From assembly GCA_011109175.1 (NCBI GenBank), contig RDEW01000052.1, positions 186,001 to 250,000 on the forward strand: a DNA stretch of 64,000 nucleotides, written 5' to 3'. Origin of the DNA: Dicyema japonicum (taxonomy: Eukaryota > Animalia > Dicyemida). Below, piece after piece: positions 26,535 to 39,056 of the stretch; the first letter of the stretch is position 1; the number at the start of each line of letters is the position of its first letter. The position numbers were made by a program, and so were the translations under genes. Below the pieces are notes generated by a model. That model searched no databases. It was not told the DNA's origin and was given only the letters and a program-made list of their open reading frames with translations.

Positions 26535-27338
26535 TTATTATTATTATAAGCACTTATCGCTATGTCATAGGACTTGACAAAGCCATGGTGGCAACAACAC
26601 GAGTTAGCAAATCACTGGTTAGTTTCATCCACTTCCTCCTATTCAAAGCCGCAGCGCGCAACCAGTCCAGATCCTTCCACTTGCAAGATGCCGTCCATTT
26701 CTTTAAGGTCCTCGTCGAGAACGACTGCCAGTGTCGTCCTTGGGGCGACCACGGAAACGGGGGGCCTCCAACATGAATAATCCTCCAGGCTACGTTCGCG
26801 GGGGCATCTAGGTTCCAGTCGCAGAATATGGCCGAAAAGCCTCCATCGTGTATCCAGAATCTCATTAGAAATTTTCTGAGGTCTTCGTCCTCTTATAGAG
26901 AAGATTAGATGACATCCTCGTAATCACTTCTTTCGACATCATATGCCGTAGTTGGTCTCTATGACACGCATTAAGCGCTCTTCAGTTCATTTTTTGAGGC
27001 AGGCCAAGGTACCAGCGTTATATAGTAGTATGGGTTTCACTAGCGAGTTGTATAATCGAGTTTTTTGTTTATAATGTCAAGGCCCTTTTTGTGAAGCCGA
27101 GATGTTCTTTATCTGGAGAGGGTAGTTTGTGCTAGGGTTTTCCTTCTCGTAATTTTCTTTATGGTCTCCTAGGAGGGAGCCAAGCTTTTTGCATTTGCGC
27201 CAGTACTCCTCTGTCCTTGTTTCTTTTTCTCTTGAGTTCGTTACGTCAGTCTTGTCTGGATTTACTGTTAGGAACCATTCGGCTAGTCTTCCAGACACTT
27301 CCCCATCAAGCGGGTGAGCGGTATTTTCATTTGAAGTA
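26535..27338 (-). mobile_element. 5'-truncated RTE-clade non-LTR insertion with (TAA)n tail; copy B only
   Basis: LTVNPDKT, KKLGSLLG, RLYNSLVKPILLYN, RWRLFGHILR and RGRP motifs. (TTA)n on + at 26535; AATA on both sides; empty site GTCAATAACTTG in A and C. Confidence 0.85.
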
Positions 27339-27739
27339 AATAACTTGAAATATTAAAAAGATAATTTTTAAAAAATTACTAAATTAAATTAAAATGAAAC
27401 ATTTAGAAAAATAATTTCTTACTAAATAATTATAATTCTAAATAACTCAGATTATTTTAAGGATTTAAATTAAATCATTTTTATTGATTTCTTCGTTATA
27501 TTAAAATAAATCATATATATTTTCTTGCGATGCTTTAACAAAAAATTTAATTTTTAGGTGGTAGTTCATTTTTTTGGCTGAGCTGGTGTAGTTCAACTAA
27601 TAAAAATATGTATGTAAAACCCAAGAAGCGACTTGCAACTAGCATTACTGTCCTGACGTTCATGTTAGATGACTATTAAAAAGTTTGGTAAATAAAAAAC
27701 TCTGTGTGAAGAATTAAAAAATATAAAGTCGAGATCGGA

Positions 27740-28100
27740 TACATTCCTTAGTATTCAGGTGATCTGAATGTTAAAGTCGCACTCGGATTGCGTGGAGGAA
27801 ACTTTCATAAGAAGGAAGGTACGGTAAAAAAAAGAACATACCAAAAACCTTAATTGCTAAATTCTACAAGGCAAATGATTTATTCATATATAACATTGCC
27901 TGATGCACCTAGTAAACTAACTTGCGACTAGAGCAAAATGGAAGAGGAAATTATTGCTGTAAGTTCTCTATTTACACGTGCCTTTAATGAACCGTGACAA
28001 AAGCGAAAGTTTATTAATAATCTGGTTTACCGACTATATTGCTTGACTTGTTTCAAAACTTAGAACTAATAATTGACCCCTTACAATCTATTACTGGAGA
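27740..28100 (+). mobile_element. Decayed APE fragment, RTE-like (also ~58690-59050; absent in A)
   Basis: GDLNVKV, ANDLFIYN and DYI motifs. Confidence 0.5.
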
Positions 28101-28774
28101 CCGACTAAGCTAAAAGACGCGGTGGTAGCCTGCTTGCTCCATTACAGAAAGGCCTACATGTGTTAAGAAATATCATAAAGAACATTTTTTGGTGTCCGCA
28201 ATGTTTGTAGAAATTATTGGATATTTAATTGAAACCCAAAAGTTAAATATTTATCGTAACACACGTGCCTGTAAATATTCTTTAATATTGTTAACCTATA
28301 ACAATTATTTTTCGCAATAATTTATTCAATGAATAGCACAAAACTCAAAGCTGAATGACGTAGTCTATTTGTCTGATGAAAAACATACTGTTTTTGTAGT
28401 GTGGATTGACTAAATATATAACATTAGATTTTTTTGATTTTCAAAATCCTGTTCCGAAATGATGAATCACCGTGGACTCTTCAATCGAATTTACAGCAGT
28501 GAGATTCAAACAAGGAACCTCATAGATTTTTGTCCGGAACTTATCAAACAGCGCTATACTTTAAGAATTGCTTTAATACACACCAGAGACCACGATCACA
28601 CAAACTAACTAATCACGTGATCCCAGCACGCTCTAACAGGGACCTCATCTTGGCCCGATACTCTTCCCTCGTCCCCGCACAAGCACGTATCGGTCGAGTG
28701 ACTAGACCTACGCAGTCACGACGTCACGATCCGTAGTTCACTCTTATCAAAGGTTCAAGAAACATTCGTCTGAA

Positions 28775-29070
28775 TACAGGGTCTGCTCAGAATTCGGGTC
28801 CTGGCTCAATGCCTTCCCGAACAGGCAGTAGGTACTCTGCTTTGACGTTGCTTTTTGGTTAGACCTTGACGTCTGCTTGGAACACCGATGCCGATGTAAT
28901 TGGATTGTTGTCATTGAAGGACTACACCTGCTGTCATATAGACGGAGCTCCAAGAGATTCCTGCGTCACACGATGTAAAAACTCGACAGTCACGAACGCT
29001 TCAATACATCGAGTTTACTTGTTTTCTCGAACCCGTCGGTCTTGACAGAAGTAATGGCTGATGGTTAAAC
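28775..29070 (+). mobile_element. Decayed CRE-type fragment; copy B only
   Basis: SWLNAFP, HRCRC...GLHLLS.RRS..RFLRH and EPVGLDRSNG. Confidence 0.7.
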
Positions 29071-29079
29071 AACTATGAC

Positions 29080-29845
29080 TAGGAAGTCAAGAAGGTGTCT
29101 TACTTGGGATTTAACGTTTGGATTTAGGTAGACATTCTATAATGTGAATTTTCTAAAATTTGATTCTTCGGGGACTAGGTCCGACGTCAATATAAGTCTT
29201 TTACTATAAATATCCAGTAAAACATGTTTCTCAATTCGGTCAGGGGATTGACATTCGATTAAGGGTAAAACAGATGCAGTGATAAGTTTTCCTTTTGAAG
29301 TAAAAATAATTGTGCTAGACTTCTCAGGAATTGTGTTTAATAGTTTTTCAAGTCAACTATTCAGGTAATCCAGTAAATCTTGTAAATGATACCAGCTGTG
29401 TTAATAACTCTAGTTGCCAACATTATGTAGTCAGCATAAGCGAGTATAAGAGATTTGATGTTGCTATGGTAAAGCATATAGCTCATAAAGAAGCTAAAGA
29501 GAATGTTTGATAGGGGGATCCCTATGGGACCCCATTTGGTAAAACTTAGTCACAGAAAATGTGGATGTGAATTTATTCGTTTTCGTTTTTTAAAAGTTTT
29601 AAACAAATATATATTTTTGGAAAATAGTCAAAAATCTTCGTAGTGAGTAATTTCCTATAGGGAATAATATCATAGAGCACATAGGGACTTTTGATGCCGA
29701 GGTTGGAAACTTAAATCATTCTAATGAATTTCGTTAAGCGTGTGAGGTGAATAGTAAGGTTTAATCTGATCAAGAATAAGTTTTTCCATAATTTTTGAAG
29801 TGGTATACAAAAGATATATTGTTATTAATTAAAGTCAAAATATTA
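29080..29845 (-). mobile_element. Decayed I-like RT fragment; copy B only
   Basis: LPNGVP*GSPLSNILFSFFM and LAYADY. Confidence 0.7.
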
Positions 29846-30382
29846 TAATTGCGGTTTTGGGCCTCAAGTAAGACTTTTAGTTTTAGCAATTTTTGATGGA
29901 TATAAGCATATCATGTGGGGTTAACTTTAAGATAATTTCAGGAACATTCAACTTTAATCATTTCTAAGGATCAATAAAAGATCCCAAAGAGACATAGGGA
30001 CTACTGTTAACAACCCACGTGTTAAAAATAAAAAATTAATTTTTGTATATATGTAAATTTAATCACTCTACTTTTAAAAATACACTATAAATTATTTATT
30101 TTAATCATCCTGAGCTCTTTCATGCCCTAATTGTCAGCTATTATTGGTTCTAATCAAAATAAAAGTGTCTCTCAAAAACGTAAAATCACGTGATCAAAAA
30201 GTATTTCAAAAGTGAAAAATATTATGTCAAGGCCCGTACGTGGTATCGGCCCACACATGGTTAATGATTTTAATCAGTTAAAAAAATAATTATATATTTT
30301 TGTTCGTTATTGGATTAGGATTACAAATATGTATTTTTTATTTTAAAAAAACAAAAATTTTTTTTTTACAATTAAACAAATG

Positions 30383-30725
30383 CCACTAGCCGGGTGGCGT
30401 AGTGGTTAGGTGTCGGGCTTAAGTGGCTTAGGTTACGGGTTCAATTCTCGCTGCTGTTCACCCGGTGGAAGGTTCCACGCATCTACGATGCAGAAATGGT
30501 TTGACGAGTGACGCCGTCATCAGTGAATACTCACTGCGGAACTGGATTTGTCTAGAAAGGACACTCACACAAGAAAAAGAAAAAAAAGAAGTGAAAATCA
30601 TTCCTTGGTTCTACGATTAGTTAAAATTAACTGTTCTTTACTTAAATAAAGTGTGTGTCCTGCTAATGCGGAGCTATAAAATACTATGGCTCTCGTGAAA
30701 AGGCTTTATTATTATTATTATTATT
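30383..30725 (+). mobile_element. Full-length tRNA-derived SINE with (TTA)n tail
   Basis: Pol III A box TGGCGTAGTGG (~30395) and B box GGTTCAATTC (~30439). 8-bp TSD AACAAATG (30375-30382 and 30726-30733). Second copy at 4924-5138. Confidence 0.9.
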
Positions 30726-30733
30726 AACAAATG

Positions 30734-31405
30734 TCAGTTGAGGAAGCCTGCTGCGTGGATTGCGAACGAGTTCCCTCGGAGTATGGCTATTCGATCTTTT
30801 GTCTTAGCCATAACCCTTCTCGTTGATCCCTTTTCTTTCTGGCAAGCAATCCTCCGAGTTCTTGCAAGAATTCAGCCGTCATTGGACCAACGGCTCCCGA
30901 TGATTCGGTCGCAACAGGAGTAAATCGGTAGCGATCCCAGAGGCAAGAATATTTCTTGATTTTTAGGTTTTCCGCGGTCGAAGCAGCTGCTCCAGGTGTC
31001 TGAACAGATTTAAAAATGTTCGTGCTTGAGAACGTGTCTATGCAAGTTGCGTCCCAGACCAAAGATCTTCCAGACATGAAGGGGAAAAGGGTCATCCCGT
31101 CAGGACTCTTCCCATCTCATCGATCAAGACCCACTGGTTCAAGCTGTGCTGGGAAGCCTGAAGCCTTCAGAGCTCTGACGATCACATCATTCAGAGCGGC
31201 ATGACGTGGTCCCTTCCGGAGCTTCTTCTGCAGGACAGCCGGTGCAAACCTTTCGCATCGACTGTTTTCCCGCATCGGCATCGTGCTCTTGGCAAACGTC
31301 TAGTCCCAGCCTTTGTCCGATTCCAATCCTCAAAGAATCGTCGTCCAAAAAAGTCCCGAGGTTTGGGCAAGGTATTGCACCAAGCCATGCTCCAAGCCAT
31401 GCTCC
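30734..31405 (-). mobile_element. 5'-truncated CRE-type non-LTR retrotransposon (CCHC + RLE); its 3' UTR and poly(A) lie at ~30358-30382
   Basis: [58 protein letters not shown] and IAILRGNS...stop. Absent from copies A and C. Confidence 0.88.
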
Positions 31406-32193
31406 ATTTTATTTTTTGGAAAAATAAAATTGAAAAATAAGTAAAGTATTAAAATACTTAGTTTTTCATTTATAAATTGTTTCTTAATAATAATTAATTT
31501 AAATTATTTAAAAATTATTCCCCCATAAATGGGACAAGACAGAGCTAAGATTGTGAAGATTACTTTGTTTAGTCAAGATGGCTTTTATTTAAATAAGTAA
31601 TCAAATTGAGATTTTTTTCAAAAAGTTTACGAATCCATCGATTTAAAGTTTGGTTAAATAATTCCATTTGACCCAGGAACTCTTGATCTCGGACGACTAA
31701 TTTCAGTAGAACATTAAACTCTTCATTGGGAATTCATACAATCATTTTTAAATTCTGGAAACGATTATAGTTGCCTTTATGGAAACAAGAGATTGTTACG
31801 AGAACGTGTCTCGATAATTTGTTCAGAAGTCGTGGTTAAGCAAATTGTAAGTGCTTTTAAGAAATAACTAACTTTACAAAAAATTTATAAGTAGTAGAAG
31901 CTCGTCAGTAACTCAATTCCCATCTACCTATTTAATCGGTTCCAACTTAAAAAGGAGACGGTAACTCCATGACCGAAATTCCATACTAAGAAACGATTAC
32001 TCACTGGCAAAAAGATTCGGCATGGATTTCAGATTTTTGACAATATCCTTTGATCACTACTCGGATAATTCTTCTAATTTGAGCCTTCAAAAGCAACCAA
32101 TTAGTCTTAGTTTAACTCTGATTTAAAGAATAATTTTATCAATTTAATTTATTAACTGATCTTTGTTTATTAGTAAAATTATTAATTAACGGA

Positions 32194-34547
32194 TCACTCG
32201 ATATGAATTGATTTTATTGCCGATTTATATAATTCTATATTACAAAAAATAACAACATTGTAATTCCTTCGAATAATCTCCGCATATAAATGGATCTTTT
32301 TCATATTAGATTGTAAGCACACATTCTCAATTTTCATAATAATGTTATTAGAAATAAACATTTCCATAATTTCTGGTTCTATTATAAAATAAGATATAAC
32401 GATATATGTGTGCAAGTTTAGCGCAGTCCCACATAATCCATAGCCAAATTCGTTCATCTATGTTCACGTTTAATAAATTTATCTTAGAAGTAATAGTTCT
32501 TAATATAGAAATTATGAAATAACCTAATATCGTAATCAGGATCGTAACACCAAGGATTAATTGTTATAAAAAGAGCAAATTTATTAAGAATGGGTTCACA
32601 TGGATTCAAATCGCTAAAATCAGAATTCATAAAAATAGGTAAAAAATCATTTGGATCACTTAATATCTGGCAGATACAACTCAATATGGAATAGACTACG
32701 TCACTAGAACAGTTAGCGTGATCAATGTCCCTTTTCGATAAAACAACAAATTTACAATATAAAATTTTATTAGACCATCAGTTCTTAGTAAATATCTGGA
32801 ATTTGGGCATTTAGCAATATAATGGATAATTTTAATGACGGGAACTAATATATAATCGCAATCAGGAGGGGATACAGAATATCTTTCGAAAAAATAATAA
32901 ATATAATAAATTCCACTATAATCTAAAAACAAATTCATATTTTTTCATTTTCGTCTAACAAATATATTTCAAATACCTAGAAGAACGCTCAACAAATCAA
33001 ATTTGATAGCATCACTGAAGTCCTCTGTTTTAAAATGTTCAACACATAACTAAAATAATATTGGTATATGAACTTTGATAAGTCCTTCAGAATAGGCAAC
33101 ATAGGCTAGAAAATCCATACTCATATTTTTTACGATTGATTTAATATCAATCGGAATATATTGATAATGGTGATGAGGTTTCATTAACAGAATTGTAAGG
33201 GCAGGTAGCTAAAATAATAATTAACAAACAAAAATTGATATCTCCCACGGTTTAAAATCATTCAAAAGATAAACAATCGGCTAAAAATCAGATATCAGAT
33301 AGTAATACATATACTTTATATATATTCGAAAAAATCTCAAGAAAAGTATCAAAAATAAAACTATTGATGAAATATACTCATACCAAATATTAAAATAAGA
33401 ATTCGGAGCCTGATTGACTATTCTCATTAAAATCTCCCTCGTGTAAAAATATTAAAATACATTAAATGATATTGAAAATCAAAATCATAATCTACATACA
33501 GATGCATAAACAAAATAATTATTTCTAAAAAACTTTCAAAAATGTTTTTATTAAATTTTCATTCAATTTGCATTTATTTTACAAATGTAATCAATGGTGT
33601 TTCTCAATAGTTTGTCCTTATTATCGAAATGTAAGACAGAAATAACATAATTATTCATAATTGATTGCTCGTCATTCTGCATTATTTAGAAAATATACAG
33701 AATCGCTAATATTTTTACTGAAATGTAAAATTTTACGATAGTGAAATTTTTTAAATCCAATTTTTTTGATTTGGCTAGAATTATTCAAATCAATAACTTT
33801 ATTAACTTTTTTAGTATTTTTCTTTTAATTAAATATCCAGATAAATTCACGTAAGTAAGATTCTTGGCTTTTTCGAAAAGAGAAATGAAATTACAATCAT
33901 ATCCATATATTTCTCCATCACTTGTATGTATGAAATGTCTAAATTTGAGATAAAATCAACCTTCAAAGAATCTGGATTGTTTAAGTTTGTAATAAATTTA
34001 TTAAAATTTGGAATTATGACGTCGTGAAAATTTATGCGTTCCAGTTTTTCTATTATATTTAGTGTTCTGTTATAAATAGTCGTTGTGCTATTGACTCCAA
34101 GAAGGGAGATAAACTTCAATTTTTTAAATCCAGTAATGAATAGTTGATGCAGCAAATCTGGGTCATCATAAAACCAGAGTGAAAATGATTTGACCTCATT
34201 CTGTAAAAATGGCAGTAAAAGATTCTTTTCTGATGAAACAATCCTTTTTAGTGTGATATTTGATAAATTTGGATAAACTTGAATCATCTTAACAACGTCC
34301 TTAACTTCAACATCTTCACGAGTCAATTCAATGTAAAAAACGTTTTTCTGAATTACATCTAGAATCCTATATAAACTCGAATGTTGAAGAAATAAATCTT
34401 TCTCATGTCGTGAAATCAAATATTTCAGTTCACTAAGGATTCTTTTAGAAAACATTTTTTTAGACTTGTTTAATTTTGTAATTTTTGTTCATTAAAGTTT
34501 GCTCGAATATTATTAATGCATAACGCGTATAATGAAGGTGTTTCCAT
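32194..34547 (-). pseudogene. BC-box/LRR-like gene U1 (frameshifted)
   Basis: ATG at 34547, 202-aa ORF 33847-34455 and shared C-terminal ORFs. Confidence 0.7.
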
Positions 34548-35623
34548 TTAATAAGTTGAATATATTGTATGACCTATAAATTTTATTTATTTTTTTATTT
34601 GAATTACATAATTTTTAATAATATTTTTTTATGAAAAAAATAATTATTTGTACTCAGCAATGTTCTATTATTTATATATAAGTGCGAAATCACCGTGAAA
34701 TGTCAGGAATGTTCCAATACCTTCTATGATTGATAAGCCAACCTTTCGATTTTAGATGTGAAAGTACGATTATCGCATAGTGGTCCTCTCACTGACATGA
34801 ATGACCCTTCGAAACATACGAGAATTACATTCAGTGGGTCAGACCAACTAATTTCTCAGACTTCACGCAGAAATAATGGATAGTACGCACGTCAAGAAGG
34901 GTGAGAATGCTAAAAACATTGCAGGATCATTCTTCATTTTTAGTGCGATATAAAGGAGCCAAGAAAAATCTTGAACAATAATGTTAATTTTCATGTGAGA
35001 AAGCAGATATCATTGATAGTCGTTTTTCGACATAACACGTTATGATTATTTTACAAAAAATATTTTCCAATGTCAGAATTGGCAAATTTAGAAACATTAC
35101 TTTATATGGATGTTTTTGAATAACACTACCATCTTCTCGTTCTAGATCAATCAATCCTGTGGCAGATAATTCTTTAACATGATATGTGAATGTATCAATG
35201 TGTACGTTTAAGCAACTTTTTCGTGTTTTTTTATTATTATCAAGATAGACCTTTATAAAAACTCGACCACCGAATACTGGACAGAATTATAGGAACTTGT
35301 AATTTCTTGAATTATGTACATCCATTTGAAATTCAAATTTTTAAAATTATGTCTTTATTGCACTTGACATCTGCGTTGCCGATTTACTCTTTAGAGATCT
35401 TGTCCAGCAAAATTTGGAAAAGGCATACAACCTAACCAAAAGCGAGCAAAAATTTTATTTCAGTATTTGGACAATATTCATCGATCACTACTCGGATACT
35501 TGTTCATTTTGAGCCTTCAGAACCAACCAATTAGTCTTAGTTTAACTCTGATTTAACGAATAATTTTATCAATTTAATTTATTAATTGATCTTTGTTTAT
35601 TAGTAAAATTATTAATTAACTAA

Positions 35624-37980
35624 TCACTCGATATGAATTGATTTTATTGCCGATTTATATAATTCTATGCTACAAAAAATAACAACATTGTATTTCCTTC
35701 GAATAATCTCCGCATATAAATGGATCTTTTTCATATTAGATTGTAAGCACACATTCTCAATTTTCATAATAATGTTATTAGAAATAAACATTTCCATAAT
35801 TTCTGGTTCTATTATAAAATAAAATATAACGATATATGTGTGCAAGTTTAGCGCAGTCCCACATAATCCATAGCCAAATTCGTTCATCTATGTTCACGTT
35901 TAATAAATTTATCTTAGAAGTAATAGTTCTTAATATAGAAATTATGAAATAACCTAATATCGTAATCAGGATCGTAACACCAAGGATTAATTGTTATAAA
36001 AAGAGCAAATTTATTAAGAATGGGTTCACATGGATTCAAATCGCTAAAATCAGAATTCATAAAAATAGGTAAAAAATCATTTGGATCACTTAATATCTGG
36101 CAGATACAACTCAATATGGAATAGACTACGTCACTAGAACAGTTAGCGTGATCAATGTCCCTTTTCGATAAAACAACAAATTTACAATATAAAATTTATT
36201 AGACCATCAGTTCTTAGTAAATATCTGGAATTTGGGCATTTAGCAATATAATGGATAATTTTAATGACGGGAACTAATATATAATCGCAATCAGGAGGGG
36301 ATACAGAATATCTTTCGAAAAAATAATAAATATAATAAATTCCACTATAATCTAAAAACAAATTCATATTTTTTTCATTTTCGTCTAACAAATATATTTC
36401 AAATACCTAGAAGAACGCTCAACAAATCAAATTTGATAGCATCACTGAAGTCCTCTGTTTTAAAATGTTCAACACATAACTAAAATTATTTTGTTATATG
36501 AACTTTGACAAGTCCTTCAGAATAAGCAACATAGGCTAGATGATCCATACTCATATTTTTTACGATTGATTTAAGATCAGTCGGAATACATTGATAATAG
36601 TGATGAGGTTTCATTAACATAATTGTAAGGGCAGGTAGCTAAAATAAGAATTAACAAACAAAAATTGATTTCTCCCACGGTTTAAAATCATTCAAAAGAT
36701 AAATAAACGGCTAAAAATCAAAATAACAGGTAATAATACATATACTTTTATATATTTCGAAAAAATCTCAAGAAAAATATCAAAAATAAAACTATTTATG
36801 AAATATACACATACCAAATATTAGCATAAGAAATCGGTGGCTGTTTGACTATTCTCATTAAAATTTCCCTGATGTAAAAATTTTAAAATACATTAATAGA
36901 TTTTGAAAATCATAATCATAATCTACATACAGATGCACAAACTAAATATATATTTCTAAAATACTTTCAAAAATGGTTTTAATAAATTTTCATTCAGTTT
37001 GCATTTTATATAACGAATGTAAGTAATTGCGTTTCCCAATAGTTTGTCTTTATTATCGAAATGTAAAACAGAAATAACATAATTATTAATAATTGATTGA
37101 TCATCATTCTAAATTTTTATAAAATATACAGATTCGCTTATATTTTTACTGAAATGTAAAATTTGACGATGTTGAAATTTTTTAAATCCCATTTTTCTGA
37201 TTTGGCTTGAATTATTCAAATCAATTACTTTGTTAACTTTTTTAGTATTTTTCTTTCAATTAAATATCCAGATAAATTAACGTAAGTAAGATTCTTGGCT
37301 TTTTCGAAAAGAGAAATGAAATTACAATCATATCCATTTATTTCTCCATCACTTGTATGTATGAAATGTCTAAATTTAAGATAAAATCAACTTCAAAGAC
37401 TCTGGATTGTTTATGTTTTTAATAAATTCTTTAAAATTTGAAATTATGACGTCGTGAAAATTTATGCGTTCCAGTTTTTCTATTATATTTAGTGTTCTGT
37501 TGTAAATAGTCGTTGTTCTATTGACTCCAAGGAGGGAGATAAACTTCAATTTTTTAAATCCAGTCATGAATAGTTATGTAGCAAATCTGGGTCATCATAA
37601 AACCAGAGTGAAAATGATTTGACCTCATTCTGTGAAAATGGCAGTAAAGGATTCTCTTCTGATGAAACAATCCTTCTTAGTGTAATATTTGATAAATTTG
37701 GATAAACTTGAATCATCTTAACAACGTCCTTAACTTCAACATTTTCACGAGTTAATTCAATGTAAAAAACGTCTTTCTGAACTACATCCGGAATCCTATA
37801 TAAATTCGAATGTTGAAGAAATAAATCTTTCTCATGTCGTAAAATCAAATATTTCAGTTCATTAAGTATTCTTTTAGAAAACATTTTTTTAGACTTGTTG
37901 TTTAATTTTGTAAATTTTTGTTCATTAAAGTTTGCTCGAATATTATTAATGCATAACGCGTATAATGAAGGTGTTTCCAT
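35624..37980 (-). pseudogene. BC-box/LRR-like gene U2 (frameshifted)
   Basis: METPSLYALCINNI ORF 37564-37980 and downstream pieces. Confidence 0.7.
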
Positions 37981-39056
37981 TTAATAAGTTGAATATATTG
38001 TATGACCTATAAATTTTATTTATTTTTTTATTTGAATTACATAATTTTTAATAATATTTTTTTATGAAAAAAATAATTATTTGTACTCAGCAATGTTCTA
38101 TTATTTATATATAAGTGCGAAATCACCGTGAAAATGTCAGGAATGTTCCAATACCTTCTATGATTGATAAGCCAACCTTTCGATTTTAGATGAAAGTACG
38201 ATTATCGCATAGTGGTCCTCTCACTGACATGAATGACCCTTCGAAACATACGAGAATTACATTCAGTGGGTCAGACCAACTAATTTCTCAGACTTCACGC
38301 AGAAATAATGGATAGTACGCACGTCAAGAAGGGTGAGAATGCTAAAAACATTGCAGGATCATTCTTCATTTTTAGTGCGATATAAGGAAGCCAAGAAAAA
38401 TCTTGAACAATAATGTTAATTTTCATGTGAGGAAAGCAGATATCATTGATAGTCGTTTTTCGACATAACACGTTATGATTATTTTACAAAAAATATTTTC
38501 CAATGTCAGAATTGGCAAATTTAGAAACATTACTTTATATGGATGTTTTTGAATAACACTACCATCTTCTCGTTCTAGATCAATCAATCCTGTGGCAGAT
38601 AATTCTTTAACATGATATGTGAATGTATCAATGTGTACGTTTAAGCAACTTTTTCGTGTTTTTTTATTATTATCAAGATAGACCTTTATAAAAACTCGAC
38701 CACCGAATACTGGACAGAATTATAGGAACTTGTAATTTCTTGAATTATGTACATCCATTTGAAATTCAAATTTTTAAAATTATGTCTTTATTGCACTTGA
38801 CATCTGCGTTGCCGATTTACTCTTTAGAGATCTTGTCCAGCAAAATTTGGAAAAGGCATACAACCTAACCAAAAGCGAGCAAAAATTTTATTTCAGTATT
38901 TGGACAATATTCATCGATCACTACTCGGATACTTGTTCATTTTGAGCCTTCAGAACCAACCAATTAGTCTTAGTTTAACTCTGATTTAACGAATAATTTT
39001 ATCAATTTAATTTATTAATTGATCTTTGTTTATTAGTAAAATTATTAATTAACTAA

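Noticed and set aside
30383-30466. tRNA gene
   Set aside because: A and B boxes are present, but the D and anticodon arms do not pair and the acceptor-like CCCGG is displaced ~10 nt. It continues into a body with tail and TSD, so it is a SINE head.
30706-30725. (TTA)n microsatellite, telomere or CRISPR-like repeat
   Set aside because: It is the SINE tail. No spacer-repeat arrays or telomeric tracts were seen in the window.
33845-33862. GTAAGT splice-donor-like site explaining LRR frameshifts
   Set aside because: It lies on the plus strand, antisense to the gene, and single-base shifts explain the frame better.
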